From assembly GCF_963921235.1 (NCBI RefSeq), contig NC_086097.1, positions 211,236,001-211,300,000 of the forward strand: a DNA stretch of 64,000 nt. Reading direction: 5' to 3'. Each line of letters starts with the position of its first letter. Positions within the stretch are counted from its first letter, which is position 1. Shown here in pieces: positions 35,946-47,529 of this stretch. Both the position numbers and the translations under genes were made by a program. The notes beneath the pieces are model-generated. The model saw only the letters and a list, made by a program, of their open reading frames with translations, was not told the origin of the DNA and ran no database searches. The stretch comes from Mobula hypostoma. Its lineage: Eukaryota.

Positions 35946-36559
35946 GAGAAAATAATCAGCACTTTTACATGTCATATGGCTATGATTTGTAGTTAAGTGA
36001 GTCTTCAATTTTGCTGGAGCCATTGCTGCATTTGTAAGTTGTTTGCCACAGACTAGGCACAATGGAATAGGATAACTAGGATCACCATTTGATGTAACAA
36101 CCTTTGGTAAGTTGTTTTCATTGCAAATGTGGACTTTTTCTGTGTCCGTTGTTGCACTAGAGCAGTGAAATGACTCAGAGGATTGTAATTCAAAAATCGC
36201 CGCATTTGCACCATCAGACATGTCTGTAAAACACAGGGGTTAATAAAATATAAAAATGGGTGCGCCCATTCAATGCTTCTCATCAGCCTACTGTCCTCCC
36301 CATTGTGCAATACAGCACTCACCAGTTAACAATGGCCTCCCCTATGTCATGTCAAAAACTGAGAATGAACTCAGGCAAATAAACACAGTCCCACTGCGCA
36401 GTACTATATGGGCTGAGAGACCTCCAACGAGATAGTTAACAGGTCTGCTCTATCAATGCCCACCACTGAGAGCGCTAGTATCGCATGTCACACGTTCAAA
36501 AAATGATATTTATTTTTTAAAATCACAATCTCTTGCAGAATCCCAGTTGAGAAACCTTG

Positions 36560-37691
36560 ATCTAACAGAAAACTGGAAACACTTCAAACAGCAATTCAAT
36601 AAATATTTAGCGGCTAGCAGAGTGGGGGATTGGGACCAATGAAAAATTGAATGCATCTATTAATCTGCATGTAATTGGCGAAGATGCTTTGGACATCTAA
36701 AACAGCTTTCAAGTTGAAAAGACAGCTTTTACATTGGACATTCTGATGACAAAATTTGAGGAGTATTTTGTCCCAAGTAAAAACATCATGTTTGAGAGAC
36801 ACAAGTATTTTTCCTGTGACCAGAAACAAGCTCTTGGCTTTAACCAATACCTAGCTGAGCTTTGCGCATTGAGTAAATCCACTGTGTTTGGAGATCTGAG
36901 GAACTCGCTAATTAGAGACAGAATAGTTTGCGGAATTTCAGATGCTGGACTTAGACAAAGACTGCTCCATGAAAAAATTTGACGCTGGGAAGGGCAGCAG
37001 AGACCACATGAGTGCAAGCTAAGGACCTACACAGGGTAGACAAAACAGTGCATGCTGTGAAAACAGAGAGGCAGTGCACAAGGCGTTTCCCAAAGCAACA
37101 ACAGAGCAAAAAGGAAGGATCAAACATCAAATGCATCAAATGTGGAGGTAGGGACATTCCAAAGACAGCTCCTGCTTATGGAAAGTCCTGCAATAATGAT
37201 GGGAAGAAAAAACATTTTGCAAAGTGCTGCAAAGCTGTGGCTACCAAGAGAAAGGTGTGCACAGTTGATAAAGAAATGGAGGAAGACTTTATGGATTCCC
37301 TACAGACTACTGGTCCTGGTAAAACAGAATGCGACAGTACTTCCATTCAAGCTTGACACTGAAGCCCAGGTAAATCTATTATCCCTAGATGATTACAAGA
37401 CTCCCAAAGTAAACAGCAAGATTTACCCAGTGAAGTTAAAAGTGGCAGGCTATTCTAGAGCGAATGTTCCAGTAAAAGAGGGCTGTGTAGTGACCTTCAA
37501 GCACAAGGGGCAGCACCTAAAGGCATAGCTACTGATTGTAGAAAAGTGAATACTGTCAATATTAGGTCTGAGTGTACCTGAAAAGCTCAAAATGGTGAAA
37601 AGAGATTTCTTAGTGTCTTCATGGACCAAAGATGACCACACAACACTCATGGAGGAGCATGCAGATGTCTTTGAGGGGCTCGGATGCTTAC
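36560..37691 (+). pseudogene. Decayed gag and protease of Gypsy element 2
   Basis: ENWKHFKQQF; KFEEYFVPSKNIMFERHKYF; SLIRDRIVCGI; knuckle region PAYGKSC...HFAKCC; FKLDTEAQVN; linker EEHADVFEGLGCLP. Confidence 0.85.
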
Positions 37692-38230
37692 CTGATGCAA
37701 CTCAAGAAAGTTTTAACAGCATCCATAAGAGCTCCAGAGAGGCTGTGCAACAGAAGTGTAAGAACTCCACCTTCTATAGTCATCTGTACCAGCTACACTA
37801 ACCTGACAGTCAGGATGCCAATGCTGAACAGAGTGATCATGATGAAGAAGTTGCCAGTCCTGCATCCACAATATGCAGCTTTGGTTCAAAACCTGCCTCT
37901 CGTCGACTTCCAGAAATCAAAAATATCTCCGAAGTTGAAGAGGAAAAATAAAAAGGAAGATGGGGAGACAACACTGACCCAAAGATTAGAACAACAGCAA
38001 CATTTCAACAAAAACCAACAGGACGAGTTGCCATCTACGATACACAGTCAAGAGAAGGTGCGCTGTGAATTTAGACAGCATCAGTTGGAAGTTGTACAAA
38101 GGCTCACTGATCACATGACTGCAGTCTAAGGCTCTATTACGGGGCACGTAGAGCAAATTATGGTCACACAGCAAAAACAAGAACAGAGATGGACAGGTAG
38201 GATCTTAACAATAGGATGTGAAAGAAATAA
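37692..38230 (+). pseudogene. EDC4: Processed (intron-less) EDC4 fragment inside the LTR element
   Basis: PDATQESF...YQLH*PDSQDANAEQSDHDEEVASPAS...FGSKP...RLP / SPKLKRKNKKEDGE...QRLTDHMTAV*GSITGHVEQIM..QQKQEQR matches remembered vertebrate EDC4/Ge-1 (PDITRET...DSQDASAEQSDHDDEVASLASA..FGTK..RLP...SPKLKRKSKKDDGD...STVTGHVERAL..HEQEQRR). Confidence 0.88.
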
Positions 38231-38453
38231 ACATGTTGATCAGAGTTCTCAGAAAAACACAAATATGAATGTACCAAATGCAATCAGTACACCTATGAAA
38301 GCATACAGCAGACCAAAATGGATCATGAAGCTACCCCAGAGACTGATTGCAAGTTGATGAGTGAATTTGGGACTGGTTTTTTTTTTGCTCTATATAATTG
38401 AAGTTAATGTAGGCGTCTTTTTTGCAAAGGAGTATTGTTCCTTGCAGGTTTAA

Positions 38454-38929
38454 TGTAGTGGGCACCCAAACATGGGACACTGGCACGTAGCTAGAGTTAG
38501 GATGCAGATGAGGGCGTGAGCGTGGCTGGAGCTACAAGGCAAACAGGAGACAGGTGGCTGGCAATTCTTATCTTGACACGGAATGTTGCTGAATTTGAAT
38601 GGCAAACAAGAAAGGCAAGTGGCAGACAATACTTATCTTGACACAGAGATGCTGAGCTGAACGGCAAATGGAAAGGCAAATGACAGGCAATCATTACCTT
38701 GACACAGAGAGACAGAGTTACACAGGTAAACCTCGGTGCTGAAGTAAAACTTAGGATACACAATCCTAAGTGGCCGGGAACGTGAATTACCACACTGGCT
38801 AAACAACAATCTGTCAATGAGTGGATGCAAAGCCGGGATATTTATACTACAGGTTTAAATGAAAATCAGGTGTACCGCAATCAAAGGGAATTTGGAGAAT
38901 ATGGGGAATTAATGGTCGGGACCGTGACA
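38454..38929 (-). mobile_element. Probable solo LTR with three internal ~62-bp tandem repeats
   Basis: TG...CA ends (TGTAGTGG...CCGTGACA); flanks TTAA/TTAT; GGCAAA...CAAT..TTA.CTTGACAC repeated three times at 38538-38720. Confidence 0.6.
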
Positions 38930-41900
38930 TTATGATTGCATAGTATTTTGTTTGATTTTCTTTAAAGGGGGGAGATGTGTTGTCATGTGTGTATGTAATA
39001 AAGAATTTCAGTTCCCAGTGGGCATTGTGGGCAATTCACCTGGAACCAGAAGCTTCGATGGTGAGCTGGTCACATGTGCTCAGTGTTGAACAGTAACTTG
39101 GAAATAAAATGTTCAAGCATTTACGCACACCAGGTCTGTCTTTATTAAGAACAAGCATAACACCCACTACTGACAGAAATTGCAAATTAACCTTTAGAGA
39201 ATCCTGCACAAGGACTCCCAGGTCACTTTGCACCTCAGTTTTTTGAATTTTATCTCCATTTAGGAAATAATCTATGCTTTCATTTCTTCTAGAAAAATGC
39301 ATCCACTTCCCAACACTGTATTCCATTTGCCACTTCTTTGCCCATTCTCTTAAACTACCTGACATTATGGAGCCTCCCTGCTTCCTCAATACTACCTGCC
39401 CTTCCACCAATCTTTGTATTGTCCACTAAATTCAACGCAAAGTCATCAATTCTATCATCCAAATCATATAACATAAAATGAAGCAGTCCCAACACAGACC
39501 CCTACCAAACAATACTAGTTCTCGACAGCCAACCATTTCCTTGTCCTCCATTACTACCTTTCCAGACTCATTTTGCAGCAGTCCAATATCCACTCTCAAC
39601 TCTTGTTTCCTCTTTATATATCTGAATAAACTCTTGGTATCCTCCTTAATATTATTGGCTAGCTTAGCTTCATATTCCATCCTTTTCGTATTTATGACTT
39701 TTTGATGCCTTCTGTTGGCTTTTAAAACCTTCTCAATCCTCTGAATTCCTATTGATTTTGCTCTATTATATGCACTCTCTTTGGCTATTATGTTGGGTTT
39801 GACTTCCCTTATCAGCAACAGTTGCATCACCCTGCATTTAGAAAACTTGTTCTTCTTTGGGATGTATCTATCCTGTGCCTTCCAAATTCCTCCCAGAAAT
39901 TCTTGCCATTGCTGCTCTGCTGTCATCCCTGCTAGTGTTCCCTTCCAATCAGTTTTGGCTAGGTCATCTCTCACGCCTTTGTAATTCCCTTTACTCCACT
40001 GTAATACTCATACATACAATTTCAGCTTCTGGTTCTCAAACTGCAGTGTGATTTATAATCACTGTTCTCTGAAAGGTTCCTTTACCAAAAGCTCTAATTA
40101 TTTCCAGTTCATTGCACAACACCCAATTCAGAATAGATGATCCCTATTGGGCTCAACCATGAACTGTTCTAAAAAGCCATCTTGCAGGCATTCTACAAAA
40201 TCAGCACCTATATGATTTTCCAAATCTACCTGCACATTGAAATCTCCCATGACTATTCTCGCCCTTTTGACAAGTCTTTTCTATGTCCTGTTGTAATTTG
40301 TAGCCCAGATTCTAGCTACTGTTCAGAGGTCTGTATGTAATTCCCATCAGGGTCTTTTAATCCTTGCAATTCCTTAACTCTACCCATAAAGATTTTACAC
40401 TAACTGACCTATATCTCCTCTTTCTAAGGATTTGATTTCATATCTAACCAACAGTTCCACCCCACCCCCTCCACCCACTGCCTGTCTTTTTGGTACAATG
40501 TGTATCTTGAATGTTAAGCTCCCAGCTATAATTTTCCTTCAGTCATGACTCAGTGATGCCTCCAACGTCATACTTGCCAATCTCTAACTGTGCTACAAGT
40601 TCATCTACCTTTTTCCATATACTGCATGCATTCAAATATAACATCTTCAGTTCTGTATTCATCATCCTTTTTGAATTTGTCCCTTTTTACATTTCAAGTC
40701 ATCCCATTGACTGCAAGTTTGCCCGATCATCAGCCTATCTTTGATATCAGTTTCACTACACACTGCCTCTGCTTGTAAACCAACTATCTAATCCCCAGCA
40801 CAATCACTCCAGTTCCCATCCCTCCCACCAAGTCAGTTTAAACCCTCCCAAACAACTTTAGCAAACCTGCCTGCAAGGATATTGGTTCCGCTCAGGTTCA
40901 AGTGTAAAACACACCATTTGAACAGGTCGTTCCTTCCCCTGAAGTGACCCCAATGATTGATAAATCTCACCACTGCGCCCTGCATCAGTTTTTCAGCCAT
41001 GCATTTATCTGTCAAATGCTCCTATTTTTACCCTCAATGCCGAGTGACACAGGCAGCAATCCAGAGATTACTACCCTGGTGGTCCTGTTTCTCATCTTTC
41101 TACATAACTACCTAAATTCTCTCTTCAGAACTTCTTCGCCTTCTCTACCAACGTGTACCAAGACTTCTGGCTGCTCATGCTCCCCATTTAGAATGTCGTG
41201 GACCCAATCTGAGACATCTCTGGCCCTGGCACTGGGAGGCAAAATACCATCCAGGTGTCTCTATCATGTCCACAGGATTTCATCTCTATTCCTCTGACTA
41301 TGGAATCCCGTATCACTACTACAGTCCTTTTCACCTCTCTTCTCTTCTGAACCTCAGCACCAGACTCAGTGCCAGAGACCCGGTCGTCACTTTGTCTCCC
41401 CTGGTAGGTTGTCCGGCTCAATGGTATCCAAAATGATATAGTTATTCTTAAGGGGATCGGCCACAGGTGTACTCTATACTAGCTGCGTTTCCTTCTCCTG
41501 ACAGTCACCCAGTACCTGCTTCTTGCAGGTGCTGGGTGACTACCTCCTTGTAGCTCCTATCAATCACTTCCTCAGTCCCCCATGTGAGCCAAAAGTCATC
41601 GAGCTGCAGCTCCAGTTTCTTAACATGCTCTCTGAGCCGCTGCAGCTCTGTGCACCTGGTGCGGTTGTGGGAGGACTCAGGGGTCCCAGAATTCTCAAGT
41701 TTTACACAAAGAACACAACACAGGCCCTGGAGTCTTTCTCACTGCTCTGACTATGCTCTAACAGATGAGGAATGGAGAATATAAAGAAGAGGAAGAAGAA
41801 ACTTACCAGATATTGATCTCAGCCAAGCCTGATGAACCAAACCAAAGCCTTCTCACTCTAACACTAGCCCACTCCAAAGGTGGCCACTCCAATTGCCCAT

Positions 41901-42224
41901 GCATTATTTTTACTTGTACTTGAAAAAGATTACTCATTTAATTTATAATGATGTACACGGGTCCATTTTTGAAAAATGAAGTAATTGTAGGATGGCTAAA
42001 CATTATAACATGCACAATTAATTTAAGGATTAAAATGCACAATTCGTCCAGGATTATCAGTCTGCTGCAAACTGCTTGATTTTTCATGTTGCTTGCTCCT
42101 TTGTGTTTGTGACCAGCATTGGTCATGCTGTTCATTGATTGTGCACTTCCATTCTAAATGGGTTAAAGAATATCATCATTTAAGGTTTATTTTTTTTAAA
42201 TATTTACGGAGATACAGTGCGGAA

Positions 42225-44409
42225 CGGACAAGTTAGGGAAATGTTTAATTGAAGTAAACAGAAATATGAGGCTATCAGGCAGGGACTTGGAAGCATAAGT
42301 TGGAAACAGATTTTCTCAGGAAGAAATGTGGCAAATGTTCAGGGGATATTTGCGTGGGGTACTGAGTGGGTACATTCCATTGAGACATGGAAAGGATGAT
42401 AAGGTACAAGATCCATGGTGTACAAAGGCTGTTGTAAATCTAGTCAAGAAAAAAAGAAGAGCTTACAAAAGGTTCAAAAACTAGGTAATAATAGGAATCT
42501 AGAAGATTATAAGGTTAGCAGGAAAGAATTTAAGAATGAAGTTAAGAGAGCCAGAAGGGGCCATGAGAAGGCCTTGGCGGACAGGATTAAGGAAAACACC
42601 CAAGGCATTCTACAAGTATGTGAAGAGCAAGAGGACAAGATGTAAGAGAACAGGATCAATCAAGTGTGACAGTGGAAAAGTGCGTATGGAACCGGAGGAG
42701 ATTGCAGAGGTACTTAATGAATACTTTGCTTCAGTATTCACTATGGAAGAGGATTTTGGCGATTGTAGGGATGACTTGCAGTGGACTGAAAAGCTTGAGA
42801 ATGTAGATAATAAGGAAGAAGATGTGCTGGAGCTTTTGGAAAGCATCAAGTTGGATAAGTCACCAGGACCGGATGGGATATACCCCAGGATACTGTTGGA
42901 AGCAAGGGAGGAGATTGCTGAGCCTCTGGCAATGATCTTTGCATCATCAATGAGGACGGGAGAGGTTCCGGAGGATTGGAGAGTTGCAGATGTTGTTCCC
43001 TTATTCAAGAAAGGGAGTAGGGATAGCCCAGGAAATTATAGGCCAGTGAGTCTTACTTCAGTGGTTGGTAAGTTGATGGAGAAGATCCTGAGAGGCAGGA
43101 TTTATGAATACTTGGAGAGGCATAATATGATTAGGAATAGTCAGCATGGCTTTGTCAAAGGCAGGTCGTGCCTTACGAGTCTGACTGAATTTTTTGAAGA
43201 TGTGACTAAACACATTGATGAAGGTAGAGCCGTAGATATAATGTATATGGATTTTAGCAAGGCATTTGATAAGATACCCCATGCAAGGCTTATTGGGAAA
43301 GTAAGGAGGCATGGGATCCAAGGGGACATTGCTACGTGGATCCAGAACTGACTTGCCCACAGAAGGCAAAGAGTGGTTGTAGATGGGTCATATTCTGCAT
43401 GGAAGCCGGTGACCAGTGGTGTGCCTCAGGGATCTGTTCTGGGACCCCTACTCTTTGTGATTTTTATAAATGACCTGGATGAGGGAGTGGAGAGATAGGT
43501 TAATAAATTTGCTGATTACACAAATATTGGGGGTGTTGTGGATAGTGTGGAGGGCTCTCAGAGATTACAACGGGACATTGATAGGATGCAAGACTAGGCT
43601 GAGAAGTGGCAGATGGAGTTCAACCCAGATAAGTATGAGGTGGTTCATTTTGGTAGGTCAAATATAATGGCAGAATATAGCATTAATGTTAAGACTCATG
43701 GCAGTATGGAGGATCAGAGGGATCTTGGGGTCTGAGTCCATAGGACACTCAAAGCTGCTATGCAGGTTGACTCTGTGGTTAAGAAGGCATATGGTGCATT
43801 GACTTTCATCAATCGTGGGATTGAGTTTAAGAGCCGAGAGGTAATGTTGCAGCTATATAGGACCCTGGTCAGACTTGGAGTTTTGTGCTCAATTCTGGTC
43901 GCCTCACTACAGGAAGGACATGGAAACCATATAAAGGGTGTGGAGGAGATTTACAAGGATGTTGCCTGGATTGGGGAGCATGCCTTATGAGAATAGGATG
44001 AGTGAACTCGGCCTTTTCTCCTTGGAGCGACGGAAGATGAGAGGTGACCTGATAGAGGTGTAGAAGATAATGAGAGGCATTGATCGTGTGGATAGTCAGA
44101 GGCTTTTCCCCAGGACTGAAATGGCTAACATGAGAGGGCATAGTTTTAAGGTGCTTGGAAGTTGGTACAGAGGAGATGTCATGGGTAAGTTTCTTATGCA
44201 GAGAGTGGTGAGTGCGTGGAATGGGCTGCCAGCGGCAGTGGTGGAGGCTGAAACAATAGGGTCTTTTAAGAGCTTTCTGGATGGCTACATGGAGCTTAGA
44301 AAATAGAGGGGTACGGGTAAGGACTAGGTAGTTCTAAGGTAGGGACATGTTCAGCACAGTTCTGTAGATCCAAGGGCCTGTATTGTGCAGTAGGTTTTCT
44401 ATGTTTCTA
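42225..44409 (+). mobile_element. CR1 LINE, 5'-truncated, inserted in a V-SINE tail
   Basis: 271-aa RT ORF (KSPGPDG, SPGNYRPVSLTS, QHGF, YMDFSKAFD) and a CR1 3' end. The SINE pieces lie at ~42195-42224 and 44410-44660. Confidence 0.92.
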
Positions 44410-44660
44410 ATAGGCCCTTCCAGCCCTTTGAGCCATGTCGCATAGCAACCTGCCAACTTAACCCTAGCCTAATCACAAGACAATTTACAATGACCAATTA
44501 ACCTACCAACTGGTACATCTTTGGACTATGGGAAGGAACGGGAGCACCCGGAGGAAACACACATGGTCACAGGGAGAACATACAAACTCGTTACAGGCAG
44601 TGACGGGAATCCCCTGTACTGTAAAGTGTTTTCCTATCTGCTGCACTCTGTGCCACCCTA
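44410..44660 (-). mobile_element. V-SINE (HE1-like) with CR1-type tail
   Basis: V-domain GTTTCCTCCGGGTGCTCCCGTTCCTTCCCATAGTCCAAAGATGTACC on the minus strand. Confidence 0.8.
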
Positions 44661-45349
44661 AGGTTTGCCAGTATTCAATATAAGCATTCTCGCATTGTGA
44701 AGGGAGGAACATCTTGTCTTCATGAAATGGTGGGATATATTCAAAAATGATTGCGAGTTGTGTACAATGTAATTCCATAGATATGAGGGGAGTCCATGGT
44801 ATTCTGATGGCTTTATTTGATGCAAGAGCTGTAGGGGGATAAGAGTCTATTCCAGAGGTAACTCTGGATTATCCAAGGTAACTTATCCCGTGTTCTCTCT
44901 AGAGGAGTAATGCTTAAACACAGAAGTTGCAAAGGCATTAATAAGAAAGGAAAATTGTTTAAAAAACTGAAGATGTTGGACTCTGAAAGAAAGAACAAAA
45001 ATGCTGGAAAAAATCTCAGCAGTTCAGTCAGCATCTGTGGAAATAGAAAGAATAAATGTTTCAGGATTAAAACCCTTGGTCGACTGTGAACACTGGCTAC
45101 TTTTCTTTCTGCTGACGTCGCGTGAATTGCTGAATGCTTGCAGCTTTTTCTGATTTTGCACAGCTGCAGCTTGTCCACTCCAAGGCCATGGGATGGAAAG
45201 GGTAAAATGTGAAACTTTCATGAATGGGGACCTGGATATGATTTCCAGGTCATAAACCAGATGAGATGCTGAAAGACTTCCAGGTATGACAAGAAGCAAA
45301 GCTCCAGCTCCACCATTGTCTCCTGCCGCAGATGGGAGACTTCGACAGT

Positions 45350-45545
45350 AACACAGACAAACTGCTGCAGGAACTCAGCAAGTCAGGTAACAACCATGGA
45401 GAGGAATAAAGAGCGAGGGGCCACAGACTGACACATCGACTCTTTATTCCACTCTATAGATGCTGCCTGAACTGCTGAGTTCCTCCAGCATTTTGCATAT
45501 ATTACTCTGGATTTCCAGCATCTGCAGAGTCTCTTGTGTTTAGGC
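45350..45545. mobile_element. Palindromic Penelope-derived mini-element; an older similar hairpin lies at ~44965-45160
   Basis: TGCTGCAGGAACTCAGCA...GGAATAAAGAG / CTCTTTATTCC...TGCTGAGTTCCTCCAGCA. Confidence 0.65.
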
Positions 45546-46714
45546 TTTAACAGTCCTGGGTTCGGAGAGAACTGAGATCACAATTTGTGATCCAAGGAAG
45601 TGCCAGCAGACTGGAACCAGAGCCACAAGTCCAAGCAGCTAGCCAGGGGCAGAAATACCTCTGTCTTTATTTTTCTGGTAAGACCTGGCCAATGGTTGTT
45701 GATTCACATCCTGCATAAACTATCCCTTCATTGTCGTGCAGCTTGTCTATCAGCATCTGCATAGGATTGTGGAGTTCATGATGACTTTATTATAAAGCAA
45801 TCCATTGTGGCCACATTATCTGCAACAGCATGAAAAATGTAAGGCCTGTTCCTCCGAGACTAGATCTGCCCTCTTTATCCCTCTGTGGCAGCTGGTAAGC
45901 ATGAGTACAGTGTAGGCCATTAATAGACTGCTGATAAATAGAACTGATTTAATTAGCATAACTATTTAAAGTGGCAGCATTCCAATATCTTTCAATGAAA
46001 GGTTTAATTTATCATTGATATTATCAAAAGCTTTTGTGCAAAGGCATCCATGTTTTCATATCCTGGGAAAACATGAGTTTATGCACAAGATAGTGTAACA
46101 TAAAAAGGAGAAAAAGAAATTGTTGAAGCCAGTGAAGAAGTAACAGAAAGAGAGAATTAAAATTAAGGAATTGAACAAGTGGAGGCCAGTTATAAAGGAT
46201 AGGAAGATGACTGGAGGTCTCCGGTAAATTGGAAAAGTAATCATCTATTTCTTCTATCTGGTTTCACATGGGAAATGGTATCAATTTGTACTCCAGGTCA
46301 AACTCAAGAAACATTAATGAAATTCACATTGGATTACAGAAAAAACAACTCACTGCCAAATGCAAGTTATTTGTATAAAGTATGACTATCAAATGCCTAT
46401 CATAGTAATGGCTCATTTGCTGCCAGTCCTGCAAACAAAATTACCACTGAGTAAATTTCTATAATCATACAATACACACCCTTCAAAATATTACAGAATA
46501 TATTTTCTAACAGCTGAATAAATTTATCAAATTAATGTTGAAATACTGATAGAAAGTTAAGCTTTTACTGTCAATTTTCAACCAATGAAATAATTTTAAT
46601 ATATCATGAGAGGTTTACAATTAGAAATTGACATAACATTTTAACATTAAGATTCTACATATTATTCAAGAATCTGAAGTAACATTATCTACAATTTGAA
46701 TTCAATTTAGCATG

Positions 46715-47150
46715 TACAAAAGTTCAAAATAAATTTGTTATCAAAGTATATATATGTCACCACATACAACCATGAGATTCATTTTCTTGCAGGCAGTGAC
46801 AGTAAACACAAGAAACATAATAGACTCAATGAAAGCCCACAGGGCGGATAAACAACAAACTGTGCAAATATGAAAAGAAGAAAAATAAATACTAATAATT
46901 ATAATAATAATAAATAAGCAATAAATATCGAGAATGTGAGATGAAAAATCCTTGAAAGTGCATATACAGGTTGTGGGAACAGTTCAGTAACGGGGTGAGT
47001 GAAGTTGAGTAAAATTATCCTGTGGTTCAAGAGACTGATGTTTGAGGGGATAATAATTATTTCTGAACCTGGTGGTGTGAATCCTGAGGCTCCTGTACCT
47101 CCATCCTGATGGTAGCCGTGAGAAGAGAGCATTACCTGGATGTTGACAAA
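46715..47150 (-). mobile_element. Rex1/Babar 3' end
   Basis: Same 3' UTR as 6084-6500. Confidence 0.7.
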
Positions 47151-47529
47151 ATAATCAGGATGAGAAAGCAGAATAACTTCTGGTATACGCAAAATCTGTA
47201 GGAATGGTACCTGTGTTAACATAAAACTTTAATTGATAACTTTAAGCAGAATTTAAAACTAATAAAATATATGCCTACAGTATATAGTATTTTGCAAAGT
47301 ATGTGATGTATTTTTTTTTTCAAACTTACTCCTGAAGCTTCCTGTGCAATTTGTCCCCATCAATTCATTGTTTAGGAATAAATTTGATATTCAGAACCTT
47401 TGTGATAGCTAAACAATCAATGAACACACAAGATAGTTTTCATCTTTGTTATTAAGTATTGCATGTACAAATGACTTATCAAAATAATTTTCTAAAATAC
47501 AGAGTGGATTTCTTGTCACATCAATAAAT

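Larger units (their letters stand above)
31625..36559 (-). mobile_element. hAT-Charlie/Buster DNA transposon with decayed transposase
   Basis: TIRs CAGCCTTTCTCACC / GTTGAGAAACCTTG; exact 8-bp TSD ATCTAACA at 31617-31624 and 36560-36567. BED finger PLCLVCGKQLTNAAMAPAKLKTHLTTNH; LSRG motif; dimerisation domain ILLPFSTSYMCEQAFS. Confidence 0.93.
31234..39162 (+). mobile_element. Gypsy-type LTR retrotransposon 2, pol-deleted, carrying an EDC4 cDNA fragment
   Basis: LTRs at ~31234-31411 and 38976-39162; PBS remnant TGTCAGAAG (tRNA-Leu-like); PPT AAAGGGGGGAGA. gag is split by a hAT insertion; protease FKLDTEAQVNLL; no RT, RNaseH or integrase motifs. Confidence 0.88.
27260..41830 (-). mobile_element. 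Old, internally deleted CR1 with both ends retained, hosting the main nest; pieces ~27260-27294, 30325-30597, 30902-31233, 39163-41830
   Basis: 3' tail at 27260; RT (WAKKWQMEY) at ~39300; linker and APE at 39500-40650; ORF1 esterase and zinc finger at 40830-41740. The pieces rejoin colinearly. Confidence 0.8.

Noticed and set aside
32306..36221. Domesticated ZBED/FAM200-like gene
   Set aside because: TIRs and TSD are present and the ORF is broken by frameshifts and three insertions, so it is a dead transposon.
37692..38230. EDC4 as a functional resident gene
   Set aside because: It is an internal fragment only, with two stops and a frameshift, no splice signals at its ends, and lies inside an LTR element.
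38538..38720. Spaced repeats resembling a CRISPR array
   Set aside because: Whole units are homologous with no unique spacers, the context is eukaryotic, and there are no cas genes.
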